A stretch of DNA of 64,000 bases. Source: a virus. The first letter of the stretch is position 1. The number at the start of each line of letters is the position of its first letter. The stretch is from the IMG/VR virus record IMGVR_UViG_3300045988_174823; one strand, given 5' to 3'. Below, in pieces: positions 44,249-54,226 of the stretch. The translations under genes were made by a program, and so were the position numbers. A model generated the notes under the pieces. That model saw only the letters and a program-made list of their open reading frames with translations. It was not told where the DNA came from and did not search any database.

Positions 44249-45100
44249 CTATAAGATAATAACGTTGGTGCGAATCATACCCTTGAACCACCCATCAGGT
44301 ACGGGAACTCCCTTTGGTAAACGTTTATTTTTCAATCCATTATTAATCCATACAAATTTCGTTCCGGTTAGCGGATGTGGATGGGTAGAATAGTATTTCT
44401 TCATCCGTTCCGACACCACATTTTTATGTTTACTATAATATTTCTTGTTAGCTTCAGAAATTTTGCGTTTAGTATCATCCGACATTGCGCCTCGTACACG
44501 CCCTGACATAATTTCCGAATGTCTTCTTTTCCATTCTTCGGTGTGATGTTTACCGCGCAACGCCTCGGCAACTTTGTTTATGTGCTCTTGAGTCTTTTTC
44601 TTTCCTCTTAACGCTTTCGATATCTTTTCGCGGTGTTCTGCAGTGATAATTCTCCCGATAAGAGATTGGGACTTCTTGGCTTTTGACTCTTCTGATTGCT
44701 TAATTCCTGTCATCCGAATCCTTATTGCTTCTCGCGCTGCTGGAGAAGATAACCTCCGTTTAGCGGCGATTGACATTTTACACTTAACCTCAGGAATTTT
44801 AGCCGGGTTTACTTGACCAAACATATTCGATGAACCCGGAAGGATGTTATATCCTATGTCCTTTTCAGTCGAGTGCAGCTTCTTGATGTAAAGCATCTCC
44901 CAAGCATCCAACTGAGGTTGTGTGTCGCAAATACGGAGCGTTTCACGCTTGAAATTCTCAGGGCCGTAATGTCTAACAGCTAAGAGCAAGTTCCTTCCGC
45001 TTCCCAAATACCCGTCGAATTCGTCAGATTCACAAACGTGTTAACCGATGTAAATCTTGCCGTTGACGAGGTTCGTAGTTTTGTAAATTATACCGTACAT
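44249..45100 (-). CDS. GIY-YIG / NUMOD3 homing endonuclease (copy A) with an in-frame TAA at codon 20
   Basis: The ATG at 45100 gives MYGIIYKTTNLVNGKIYIG-TAA-HVCESDEFDGYLGSG...ENFKRE... This is followed by repeated basic NUMOD3-like segments and a C-terminal WINNG...PDGW. The intact copy at 54976 has CAA (Gln) at the stop position. Confidence 0.7.
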
Positions 45101-45129
45101 ATTACCAGTTTTGTACGGTTATAATTGTT
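45006..45129 (-). repeat. ~125-nt module nearly identical to 61845..61968 (5' end plus leader of the homing endonuclease genes)
   Basis: 95 nt are identical and the next 29 nt have 2 mismatches. A more divergent copy lies at 54882..54976. Confidence 0.85.
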
Positions 45130-45140
45130 TAGTAGGCTTA

Positions 45141-47012
45141 TTAGACAAGTGTAGAAACGCCGTCTATTTTACGAACACAAATAACGCTATCAAAGAAAGA
45201 GGGGTCTTCTATATTCTGAGTGATAAGTAAAATGGTTGTTTTAAGCCGTTTCATCGTTTTAACGATAGACATAGTTCCCAGTGAATCGACCCCACTCAGA
45301 CTTTCGTCTAATAACAACATGTCCAAGCCGCGTCCATCGGTACTCATGTTAAGCAAACGCTGAACTCCTAAAAGAGCCGCAATACCTACTCGTTGTCGCT
45401 CACCGCCAGAGTACGTTGCGTAACCGTTAGTAGATATTCCATCCGAAGATATGAAGACTTCCATTTTATCACGCGCATCGCCATTCTTAAGCGTTTGAAA
45501 CGGAGTAATATGTAAGCGAAAATCCATGTCCATTATCTCCAAGAATCGGTTGGCGCTACCTGTCAAAGCGTCAATTGCTTTGTTAGCGAGATACGTAGTG
45601 AACCCGTTCTTGCCCATATGGAAGTCCCAGAACGCCATCGACTCGGCCAAATACCGGAAGTCGGCCAGTTCGGCCTTAGCGGTCTTTAGTTCGGCTTTGG
45701 CTGCTTTAATCTTACTTTCGATAGATTTAATTGAAGTATCCTCGGCGGCGGCTTGTTTAGCCGCTTCAATACGTTTAGCCAGATCTTCCTTACGACGGTC
45801 GATTTCATCCATCTGGCGTTTCAACCTGTCGGCCCGGTCGCGAATGTCCTTCATGTTACGCTTTACACGAGCCAGTTCAGCTTCCACCTGTTCGTAGTCC
45901 CGTTGTTTTTCTTCGAGTTCTTCAAGCGCCTTTTCGGCCTTTTTGACGTCCAGCGCAAACTGTTCGTCGTCGCGTTCCAGCTGGGCGATATTCCTACGAA
46001 TCTGGGCTGGGGTAAGGTTAAGTTCGCTATTGGGGAGAAACTGCTCGCCACACTTAGGACATTCGATAACACCCTCCAACGCCAATTCCAAATCGACCTT
46101 AGCGCGGCGATTCTTCTTGCGTTGGTTTTTGAGGGTAGTAATATTATCCTCCGCCGCGGCGATATCTTCCGCAAAGTTCGGCGCAGTTTCCAGCTGTTGT
46201 TCGAATTGAATGCGTTTAGTCTTTTCTTCCTCGAATTCGCGGCGAATTTCCTTGGCTTGAATACCAAGCAAGGCAGCATCCTTAATGTATTCGCCAAGCA
46301 GATCACGCATTCCCTTGATATTGGTCGCTGAAGCGTTATTGGCTTTTAACTCCTTCAGGTTCTCTTCGAGGGTCTCGATCTTGGTATTCAGCGTAAGTGC
46401 CTTTGTATCGTATTCCGCCACACGCTCGTCGGCGGTCTTGTGATCGGCCTTGATAGCGTCCAAAACAGGCTGGAGCATATCAGCATTAGTGATACGGTTC
46501 AGAATCTCCTTTTTGGTAGTATCGGGTGCGGTCAGAAAGTTGTACTGACGATCCTGGCTGATAATGTAGTAGCGGAGGAGATCCTCACGGCTCAGTCCCA
46601 GCAACTCCAATACTCGCTTATCTACCTCGGCCACGGACGTCAACTGAGTGTTCTCATGGCCGTTTTCGAAGAGCGCGGCCTTTGCGCTTCGCTTACGATA
46701 AAAGCGACGACGAATCTCCATAGTGTGGTGAAGAACATCGTTAGCCAACTGCATCGCCACCCACGCTTCGTCGCTGGAACGGTTGATGGCCTTATCGCGC
46801 GTGATAGGTGTATCGCGTGGCAACAAATCGCCTGTAAGCGCCAGTGATATCGCTTCGAACAGCGTCGATTTACCGGAGCCGTTATTCAGTGAACCGCGGT
46901 CGGTCTGGTTATCGCCGAATATTACCGTACATTCGCCGCGCTTGAATACTACCTCGGCCCGGTCACGAAACGCGAACAAGCCGCCAAATTCTATTTTTAC
47001 AGGATACCACAT
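45141..47012 (-). CDS. sbcC: SbcC/Rad50/gp46-like recombination ATPase
   Basis: Walker A is NNGSGKSTLFEAI. A long coiled coil carries a CPKCG zinc hook. The signature motif is YSGGERQRV and Walker B is LLLDESLSGVD. Confidence 0.85.
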   Translation of the reverse strand: MWYPVKIEFGGLFAFRDRAEVVFKRGECTVIFGDNQTDRGSLNNGSGKSTLFEAISLALTGDLLPRDTPITRDKAINRSSDEAWVAMQLANDVLHHTMEIRRRFYRKRSAKAALFENGHENTQLTSVAEVDKRVLELLGLSREDLLRYYIISQDRQYNFLTAPDTTKKEILNRITNADMLQPVLDAIKADHKTADERVAEYDTKALTLNTKIETLEENLKELKANNASATNIKGMRDLLGEYIKDAALLGIQAKEIRREFEEEKTKRIQFEQQLETAPNFAEDIAAAEDNITTLKNQRKKNRRAKVDLELALEGVIECPKCGEQFLPNSELNLTPAQIRRNIAQLERDDEQFALDVKKAEKALEELEEKQRDYEQVEAELARVKRNMKDIRDRADRLKRQMDEIDRRKEDLAKRIEAAKQAAAEDTSIKSIESKIKAAKAELKTAKAELADFRYLAESMAFWDFHMGKNGFTTYLANKAIDALTGSANRFLEIMDMDFRLHITPFQTLKNGDARDKMEVFISSDGISTNGYATYSGGERQRVGIAALLGVQRLLNMSTDGRGLDMLLLDESLSGVDSLGTMSIVKTMKRLKTTILLITQNIEDPSFFDSVICVRKIDGVSTLV

Positions 47013-47013
47013 A

Positions 47014-48072
47014 TCACAGTTCTTTAAGCATCGCCAGGCCCTCTTTCATACGCTCGCCACGTATGTCGCGTTCCTTACAGAATTCCATGAAATTCTTAAC
47101 GATGGTTGATTTACGGAACGTTACAATCTTCTCAGGGTCGGCCGCTGTGGCCATGGCTGCGGCAGTTTCGTCAGCTTGAAACTTGATTTCGATACCCACG
47201 GCCGAGAACTCTGAAGCGTTGAGTTTCTCGCAATCGGCTTTAGACCCCGTTACGACGATTCTGACGCGATCATAATCCTCGCCGGAGTACTTATCCATGA
47301 GGTTACGCAAAGTCGCTGTATCGGTCGCTGAGACAGTTTCACGGATATACCGCGGAAAGCGTAACGGGCGGTGCTCCCATGTGCCGTCATCATACACGAT
47401 GGTCACCCCCTTATCGTCGGCCGTTTCGCCAAAGTTGTTCTGGCACATCGAACCCAGATAGTGGACCTTTTCACCCACGTCCGAGGCGTTATGATAATGG
47501 CCTACAAACACCGCGTCGTAGTTACGGAACATATCCGGACGGATGTCGCTTTCAACCTGCGTACCGTCGTTATTACGAACGCCCTCCACAGCCACGTGCG
47601 TTATCATGAACCGCGGCCCGTCAAACGTTTCGCGTTCCAAACCGTTATCGACGGCCAGTTTCTCCTCTAACCACTTGGCGTCGCCATAGTAGGGTATCAA
47701 CACGAACGACACCCCATTCCACACAAACTCCGACGCCCGGCTTACAACCGTAGCCGCTCCCGGGCACGCGCTGAGGTAGCTGCGATCGGAGTTCGGGTCG
47801 GTCTTATCGTGGTTGCCGGGGATAGCCGCGATTTCCAGTCCACGCGCTTCAGCTTCTTCGGTAATTTCACGCCAAGCGTCGAGGACTTCCAAAGGTTGTG
47901 CCGAGCGGGACGTGAATACGTCACCGCCCAGAATCACAATCTTACAACCTATTTCTTCAGCCAGCGCAAACGTCTGGTTGAATAAATCCCGTACCACCAT
48001 CACGTTGTCTTTCGACAAGTGAGGGTCGAAACCTAAGATGGCCACAGGACTTTTGTTCGATTTCCGTTTCAT
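47014..48072 (-). CDS. sbcD: SbcD/Mre11/gp47-like nuclease
   Basis: Phosphoesterase motifs ILGFDPHLS, GGDVFTS, GNHD and GHYH are present. The ATG at 48072 avoids overlapping the upstream gene. Confidence 0.85.
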   Translation of the reverse strand: MKRKSNKSPVAILGFDPHLSKDNVMVVRDLFNQTFALAEEIGCKIVILGGDVFTSRSAQPLEVLDAWREITEEAEARGLEIAAIPGNHDKTDPNSDRSYLSACPGAATVVSRASEFVWNGVSFVLIPYYGDAKWLEEKLAVDNGLERETFDGPRFMITHVAVEGVRNNDGTQVESDIRPDMFRNYDAVFVGHYHNASDVGEKVHYLGSMCQNNFGETADDKGVTIVYDDGTWEHRPLRFPRYIRETVSATDTATLRNLMDKYSGEDYDRVRIVVTGSKADCEKLNASEFSAVGIEIKFQADETAAAMATAADPEKIVTFRKSTIVKNFMEFCKERDIRGERMKEGLAMLKEL

Positions 48073-48101
48073 TTTGTAAAGTTTACCGAGATAAACGTTG
48101 G

Positions 48102-49235
48102 CTAATTGTCGGAAACGACTTCCGCCTCCTCTGCCATCTTGCTTCTCCACTCACGAAGATCCTTGTGGCGAGTAGCTGCAATAACCTTTTCCAGCGCCGA
48201 AATGAGCGGGTTCTGGTCATAGTACAGCTGGTAGAGTTCGCGGTCCGATTTCCAACGTAGTTTACCATTCAAGGCCGAGTACACGGTCTTGGACGGTTTC
48301 TGGATAATACCGCGTTCAACGCCGTACTCGATGTCTTCCTCGGAAAGGATAATGCCGTACCCAAGCAAGATACGGATGTACGTCTTTTGGCGCGAACCGA
48401 AGTCGTTCTTGATAACCTTAACCTCTGAAATTTGAGCCACCTCCACGTCGTCAATTTTCTTCATTTCCGTCACGCGCATCTGGAGACGCATAGTGGGCAT
48501 GAGTTCCACCCATTCTCCGCCAGTACTTTTGCGCGACGTAACGCCCATGACGTTCTGTTCGTACTGGTGGTTGAGGATGACGAAATGGATGATATTGGTG
48601 TAGCACAGCCCGACCAACCCCTTAGCGAACATCTTGGCCGATTTGGCGAACGCCATCATCTTCGGTTCCTGGAGTTTCTCCAACTCTTCGCCCCTGGAAG
48701 CGGCCTTGTCCATATTATCGACGTTGGCGCGGAGGGCGTCGTACTCGGCCTTAGAAAGCGTTGCGCCAAGCGAGTCCCAAAGGAAGAAGAACCGCGGCTT
48801 TTCTTTGATACCCGCCTCGGCGAACAGCGCGTGAGCGTCCTTTACGAACTTACTAACGCGCACGAACATCTGCTCGACGTAGTGAATTTTGATGATAGCC
48901 ACACGAGAAATATCCACGCCCAGCTGGATGGCGTAGTCCTTGTTGTCGCGGTTTTCGGACGAAAGGATACATGCCAACCCGGTATCGGGATTCTCGGCCA
49001 GAAAGTATTTCATGGCCTCCAGGCCCTCGGTAGTCTTACCACTGCGACTACGACCCGCAATCTCGATGATACCCGTTGGCAAACCGAACGTGCGCAAATT
49101 CCAGTCTAATTCGGGACTACCGGTATAGGCCCACGATTTAATCTCCGAGAAACCATCTTTCTTCTTGAACGTGATGACGTCTTCAGAGTTGAACTGGGCC
49201 GTGAGTTTATTCAAAACGCTTGAAATTTTCGACAT
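48102..49235 (-). CDS. RecA-superfamily recombinase-like ATPase (UvsX/RecA-like)
   Basis: Walker A is AGRSRSGKTT and the Walker-B-like motif is FFFLWDSLGAT. It lies next to the SbcCD and SSB-like genes. Confidence 0.65.
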   Translation of the reverse strand: MSKISSVLNKLTAQFNSEDVITFKKKDGFSEIKSWAYTGSPELDWNLRTFGLPTGIIEIAGRSRSGKTTEGLEAMKYFLAENPDTGLACILSSENRDNKDYAIQLGVDISRVAIIKIHYVEQMFVRVSKFVKDAHALFAEAGIKEKPRFFFLWDSLGATLSKAEYDALRANVDNMDKAASRGEELEKLQEPKMMAFAKSAKMFAKGLVGLCYTNIIHFVILNHQYEQNVMGVTSRKSTGGEWVELMPTMRLQMRVTEMKKIDDVEVAQISEVKVIKNDFGSRQKTYIRILLGYGIILSEEDIEYGVERGIIQKPSKTVYSALNGKLRWKSDRELYQLYYDQNPLISALEKVIAATRHKDLREWRSKMAEEAEVVSDN

Positions 49236-49248
49236 AGTGTAGATAGTT

Positions 49249-49279
49249 AAAAACGGCTGGCCAACCACGAAAGCCAGCC
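49249..49279 (-). terminator. terminator-like hairpin between the SSB-like and RecA-like genes
   Basis: The minus strand has GGCTGGC-N10-GCCAGCC followed by GTTTTTAA. Confidence 0.45.
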
Positions 49280-49304
49280 AGCCGCGGGGAAAGTATCACG
49301 GGGG

Positions 49305-50576
49305 TTATTTCTTACCGAGTTTGGCGCGAATCGACGCCAGCGAGCGGGTTGCGCTTGAGGGTTCCGGAGCTTCAGCTTCGTCTTCCGGTTCAGGTTCCGG
49401 AGCTTCCTCTTCCTCTTCGTCGCCGCCGTTTAACCCCAGGGCTTCGCGAATCTTCTCGCGAATCTGGTCGTCGGTCGTGGACTTGTAAACCTTAACCACT
49501 TCGCCGAGATCGTTGTCGTGGATGAACGCCTTGAGTTCGGCGCGGTCCATATCGTCCAGACCATCGTCGCTGCCTTCTGCCTCAGGCTCCGGTTCAGGTT
49601 CGTTGTCCGGTTCCTCTTCCAGCTCCTCGGGCTCGGGGATGCGGACACCGGGGCGGTTCTTCTTCGTGCGAACTGCCGGAACGTCATCCTCTTCGTCATC
49701 GTCACGACGCTTGGCAGCTTTCTTAGTTACCTTCTTCTTGGGCTCGTCGTCAGAGTCACTGTACTGGGCGCGTACTTTCTCCACGATTTCCATCCATTCG
49801 TCGTCGCCGAAGACGTCGATACCGTGCTGCTCGTCGAAATTCTGGAGACCCTCCAAAGCGCGTTCGAACGTTTCCAGCGTGTACGTTCCGGCGACCTCCT
49901 CGATGGGCTTCAGTTTCATGAATTTCTCGATAGCCTCGTCCGTGAGGGGGCATGCCTTGGGCTTCTTGCCGAGCGACACGTCGTAGTAGTTCTCACCCTT
50001 TTTCTTGTTCGGGTTTTTGATGTACTTGACGAACAGCGGCAGACCCTCGTCCGGGTCGGTGAACGGGTCAGTCTCGATAGGTTCATCCTCCTCCTCGGTA
50101 ATGGCCAGGCGGTTCATGGCGTCGCGGACGGTCTTCTTGAACTCCCACAGCTTGGGGTCCATATCGTCTTCCTTGACCTCAGCGGCGTAGCACAGCCACG
50201 AAAGCGACGGCAGCAGGCCATCGCGCTGAGCCGTAACGGCGGCCACGGCATTCTCCGACCCGTGGGCCTTCACATAGGCGACATACTCCTGGACAATGTC
50301 CATGGCGGTCTTGCCGTGGAAAATGGAATCCAGTACCGTACCGCGGCGCTCGTCGCCAGAGTCCGTAGTAAACGGCAGCCAGTAGCATTTCCGGGGTACG
50401 TAGAAATTGTCGTGGTCGGGATGGGCGGGGAAGATACGAATCTTCATAAGTTTGCCATCCTCAAGCGACAGGAACTCGGCGTTGCCGTTGTTCAGCATCG
50501 AGTTGTCTTCGTCGATGCGGGCCTTGAGTTTTTTGATGGGAGTTGCTTTCAGCTTACTCCGCAAATCATTTGCCAT
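49305..50576 (-). CDS. putative ssDNA-binding protein with long acidic C-terminal region
   Basis: 423 aa. The N-terminal half (GKLMKIRIFPAHPDHDNFYVPRKCYWLPF) is reminiscent of gp32-type OB-fold proteins. The C-terminal part is extremely acidic. It lies inside the recombination/replication cluster. Confidence 0.4.
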   Translation of the reverse strand: MANDLRSKLKATPIKKLKARIDEDNSMLNNGNAEFLSLEDGKLMKIRIFPAHPDHDNFYVPRKCYWLPFTTDSGDERRGTVLDSIFHGKTAMDIVQEYVAYVKAHGSENAVAAVTAQRDGLLPSLSWLCYAAEVKEDDMDPKLWEFKKTVRDAMNRLAITEEEDEPIETDPFTDPDEGLPLFVKYIKNPNKKKGENYYDVSLGKKPKACPLTDEAIEKFMKLKPIEEVAGTYTLETFERALEGLQNFDEQHGIDVFGDDEWMEIVEKVRAQYSDSDDEPKKKVTKKAAKRRDDDEEDDVPAVRTKKNRPGVRIPEPEELEEEPDNEPEPEPEAEGSDDGLDDMDRAELKAFIHDNDLGEVVKVYKSTTDDQIREKIREALGLNGGDEEEEEAPEPEPEDEAEAPEPSSATRSLASIRAKLGKK

Positions 50577-50614
50577 AATACTTTGATTTTGTTAAGGTGT
50601 TAATATAAACGTTG

Positions 50615-51154
50615 TTAACTGTCGTCTTCGTCGGGAATCAGTTTGCGGCGTTTGCGTACTTTCATAACCGAATTCGCCTTACTCTGGAGGAGGTGCTCCT
50701 CGATATCGCCTGCCGGTATCGACAGCGATAGCTTATCCAGTTTCGACGACTTATCCTTAGCGGAAAAAAGAAGCGAAGCGACATAATCACGCGTCTTCTG
50801 GGCCTCAAACAATTTGAGTTTGTTAGCCTTATAAACCGGGCTCTGATAGACCGCCGTGTTTACCTCATCGACGGTTGCCGGTTTCTTACGGTCCTCTTCA
50901 TCGTTGAGGGCGGTGCGTATCTCCTCGCGAACCTTGGCTTCCATAATCTCGCAGTTGAGTTTCGTTTCAGCCAGCGCCCGCTCGGCATCGGCCAGCAACA
51001 GGCCGAGACGGTTTACGACAACCGGGAAAGTGATAATCTCACCAACCAGATTTTCGTAGTGGATGGTCATCAATTCGTCAACGTCTATTTCGCCCTCGAA
51101 CTCCTGAAATTCGATTTCGTAAACGTTCTTTCCAATCAGCAGTTTCCGTTTCAT
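50615..51154 (-). CDS. hypothetical protein
   Basis: 179-aa minus-strand ORF. Confidence 0.55.
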   Translation of the reverse strand: MKRKLLIGKNVYEIEFQEFEGEIDVDELMTIHYENLVGEIITFPVVVNRLGLLLADAERALAETKLNCEIMEAKVREEIRTALNDEEDRKKPATVDEVNTAVYQSPVYKANKLKLFEAQKTRDYVASLLFSAKDKSSKLDKLSLSIPAGDIEEHLLQSKANSVMKVRKRRKLIPDEDDS

Positions 51155-51516
51155 TCTTTAGGTTCATGTTGGTTTACGTCGCCAAAACGTACACGACGCG
51201 TAATTTCGATAATGAGATAATGAGCGGCTTTTTCCAAGTCGCGAATCAGACGGCTCTTGTTGTGCCCCACGGTGATGTATCGCTGGAGATAGCGCGTTAC
51301 CTGGTAGATGTTAATGGCCGCACCGTGGTCCATGCCATATAACATCTTTTTGGTGTCGATAACCTTTTCACCATCGGCGTACTTATCAGAGTAGGTTCCG
51401 GCAATGTGGTTGATAGTCATTGCCAGGGCCTGCGCGGCTTCAGGTTCAGATTGGCAGATACGCTCGATGTCATAAGACACCTGCGAAATTAATGAATCTT
51501 GAGTTTTCTTGTCCAT
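51151..51516 (-). CDS. hypothetical protein
   Basis: 121-aa ORF with an ATGA overlap. Confidence 0.55.
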   Translation of the reverse strand: MDKKTQDSLISQVSYDIERICQSEPEAAQALAMTINHIAGTYSDKYADGEKVIDTKKMLYGMDHGAAINIYQVTRYLQRYITVGHNKSRLIRDLEKAAHYLIIEITRRVRFGDVNQHEPKE

Positions 51517-51517
51517 G

Positions 51518-52165
51518 TTAAATTATATCGTTTTGTAAGTCATTAATGGCTCCTACCCATACGTACATCAGGCGTTCTTGCTCACAAATATCCGCCGATA
51601 CACACGTACTTTGTAACGTTGAAACCGCCCTACGATAGCTATCCTTACAATACGGTAATAAATCCAAAGGCCAAGAGCGGTTTCCCATCCCCACCTCACG
51701 ATGCAAGAAATACAACAACGCCATCCAATCGGCCACCTTTACAATCGCGTGAGCAACGTCGTAATACGGTGCATCCTTTGAAAGCGTTTTGGCAATTACC
51801 GAATCGTCTCCGAATTCGGCCATTACCTGGTGCGCAACAAACTCGTCCAAAACGTTACGCAGTTCCGACCCGTTATAAGCGTTATATTTAAGTTCGTGGG
51901 TGATATCGCGACGCAGAATAGCCTCGTCGAAGTCATGCATCAGCGCCATCTTCAGCGTCTGATACTTGAACGTAGCCACCGTATTATTATCGTCCCCTCC
52001 AGGCCAGAGATAGTCCAGCAGGCACATCGTGAAGACCGATACCTTGTACGAATGTTGCGAAACGCTTTCCTGCTGGTGGCGGTCATACTCCAACCACTGC
52101 TTGATGTTATCCAACCGCGCAAGATGATCGCGGTTGAAGAGTTTGATTAAATCATCCTTTTGCAT
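51518..52165 (-). CDS. HD-domain phosphohydrolase (YfbR-like 5'-deoxynucleotidase candidate)
   Basis: QHSYKVSVF ... LMHDFDEAILRRDITHELK gives the H...HD...D pattern. Confidence 0.65.
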   Translation of the reverse strand: MQKDDLIKLFNRDHLARLDNIKQWLEYDRHQQESVSQHSYKVSVFTMCLLDYLWPGGDDNNTVATFKYQTLKMALMHDFDEAILRRDITHELKYNAYNGSELRNVLDEFVAHQVMAEFGDDSVIAKTLSKDAPYYDVAHAIVKVADWMALLYFLHREVGMGNRSWPLDLLPYCKDSYRRAVSTLQSTCVSADICEQERLMYVWVGAINDLQNDII

Positions 52166-52180
52166 AACCGATTTGTTTTA

Positions 52181-54226
52181 CTATTGTAATATCTCTAACC
52201 TTGTAGATTGTGAAGACTGTACGGTCTTCTTTCCAGCGAAATAATTCACACGCCCTGAAACAGCCACAATACGGTTCAACAGCGTAGCTTCGTTTTCCGG
52301 CTGATGAAGCCAAAAGTCAGGCCACAACGTAATCTGGATGATGAGGTCGTTGACCTCCACTTGCAGTACACCGTAAGAATCGCCACCTTTGGTTTGACGT
52401 TCGAATACGTTATTCGCACGACCAACGATACAAACCTCGTCGCCCTCGTGTTTACGCTCAAACTCGGCGGCGGTAACGTACAGCCGAACCATCCGTTTTC
52501 CGAGTCCGTATTCGTTCATCATACGTTCGTAGTCCACCTCGCCGTACCCGGTTAATTCACGCTGTTTGAAGACCCACCAGGCGTTAGTGTGAGCATCAGG
52601 CGAAGTGAATTCGTCGGAAAGCGGTTCACCGCGGCGTTCGAGATATTGCTTGACGATATCCAGACGCTGACGAGGATTGCGTATGTCTTCTACCAGATCG
52701 AACGCTCCAGCCATAATAAGACGCAACACCACAGTACGGTTTATGCCTTTAGGGGCAGAAGTTATGAAGTCCTCAAACGAGAACACTTCGCCGTGTTCAT
52801 CTTTCATGGCTTTCAATAGCGTCAACGCCCGCTCGCCTACTCCCTTGACCTTACCCAGCGAAAAGAAGATACGGTTCGTCTTGGGGTCGCACGTAAAGGT
52901 TTCACCCGAGAAATTGATATCCGGCGGACGGACCTCAATTTCGGCCCCGGTTTTCTTCATCTCCACCAAGCGATACGGGATATCGGACTCCTTCGAGGCG
53001 TACTGAAGCGACGTCGTCCAGAACTCCAGCGGGTAGTTAACCTTAAACCACTGTGACCAGTACGACATCATGGTATAGGCCACGGCGTGCGACTTGTTGA
53101 AGCCGTACCCTGAAAAGGCCAGCAGTTTGCTCCAAACCTCATCAGCCCGCGCTTCAGGTTTCTCAGTCAACCCGCGTTCGCGCAACAAGGTCGCGTATCC
53201 GGCACGGAACTTATCGTGAAACGACTCGATAAGGTCCATATTTTTCTTCTTGATGGCGGTACGCAGGATATCGGATTCCACTGGACTCAGACCGCCTACA
53301 ACGACGGCTTTCATTATCTGCTCCTGGTAGGTATAGAGCGAATAGGTGTCGCGCGTTATTTCCTCCATACCGGGGTCGAATTTAGGCTTCCGGGCGCCAT
53401 TCTTAATTTCAACGAACGTTTCGTGCGCCTTAACATCCATAGGACCCGGACGGAACAACGCCGTCATAGCGATAAGGTCGTCCAGGCTATGCGGTTTGGC
53501 CTCGCGGCAGTAGTTCATCAACCCCATAGCGCCAAACTGGAACACATCCTCGCACCAACCGCGCTGGAAATACCGGAATACCTCCTCGTCGTTGAACGGG
53601 ATGGTGTTGACGTCGATTTGCTCCTTGCGGTTCTTGGCGATAAGTTTCAGAATAGATGAAAATTTATCCAGCTGGTTGAGACCTAAAATATCCTCTTTCA
53701 AGAACCCTGACTTGTCGATATACTTACCCTCCCACTCGGAGACCAGCACACCACCCATGCGTTTCATAGGCATCCACCCGTAAAGGTCGATGGGGTTTCC
53801 GTCTTCGTCTTTCCGGGGTACGATGATAACGGCCGACGGATGAACTGAACCCGTCTTACACTGCGTAAGGGCGTATTTCGTCATGTGCACCAACTCCGGA
53901 TGGTCCTGGACGAAACGGAACAATTCCCGCGACGTAGCGGCGTAGTTGAACAGGTCGCCCCACGTGTATTCTATCTGGTCGTCAATGTCCTTGGTGAGTT
54001 TATTCATCACCGCAAACGGCACGCCCATAACCTTACCAAAGTCCTTCAAACAGGTTTTCAGTTTCATGCGTGTGTACGTACCCACGGAGCAAACGTGGTC
54101 AACGCCGTAACGACGAGCCATGTACTCCTTTACCGTATCGCGGAACGCCACCGGGAAGTCGCAATCCACGTCCGGCATGCTGTCCTGACGAGCAACTTCA
54201 ATCTTTTTTATTTTTAGAATTCTCAT
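52181..54226 (-). CDS. dnaE: DNA polymerase III alpha (DnaE-type), C-terminal fragment (palm catalytic site to OB fold)
   Basis: It begins MRILKIKKIEVARQDSMPDVDCDF, which contains the catalytic PDxDxDF. Also present are LFRPGPM, FNKSHAVAYTMMSYWSQWFKVNYPLEF, the HhH motif GKVKGVGERAL and a C-terminal OB-like region. The ATG at 54226 overlaps the endonuclease TGA as ATGA. Confidence 0.85.
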   Translation of the reverse strand: MRILKIKKIEVARQDSMPDVDCDFPVAFRDTVKEYMARRYGVDHVCSVGTYTRMKLKTCLKDFGKVMGVPFAVMNKLTKDIDDQIEYTWGDLFNYAATSRELFRFVQDHPELVHMTKYALTQCKTGSVHPSAVIIVPRKDEDGNPIDLYGWMPMKRMGGVLVSEWEGKYIDKSGFLKEDILGLNQLDKFSSILKLIAKNRKEQIDVNTIPFNDEEVFRYFQRGWCEDVFQFGAMGLMNYCREAKPHSLDDLIAMTALFRPGPMDVKAHETFVEIKNGARKPKFDPGMEEITRDTYSLYTYQEQIMKAVVVGGLSPVESDILRTAIKKKNMDLIESFHDKFRAGYATLLRERGLTEKPEARADEVWSKLLAFSGYGFNKSHAVAYTMMSYWSQWFKVNYPLEFWTTSLQYASKESDIPYRLVEMKKTGAEIEVRPPDINFSGETFTCDPKTNRIFFSLGKVKGVGERALTLLKAMKDEHGEVFSFEDFITSAPKGINRTVVLRLIMAGAFDLVEDIRNPRQRLDIVKQYLERRGEPLSDEFTSPDAHTNAWWVFKQRELTGYGEVDYERMMNEYGLGKRMVRLYVTAAEFERKHEGDEVCIVGRANNVFERQTKGGDSYGVLQVEVNDLIIQITLWPDFWLHQPENEATLLNRIVAVSGRVNYFAGKKTVQSSQSTRLEILQ

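Noticed and set aside
45041-45043. Genome-wide reassignment of TAA to Gln (alternative genetic code)
   Set aside because: TAA clearly terminates several well-defined genes (for example at 9119, 34021 and 63393), each followed immediately by the next gene's start. TAG and TGA are also used as stops. Any decoding of these TAAs would have to be local readthrough.
49518-50603. 361-aa plus-strand ORF, and the other plus-strand ORFs over 49430..50190
   Set aside because: These are shadow ORFs opposite the acidic SSB-like gene, with no motifs and low-complexity L/V/G/R content.
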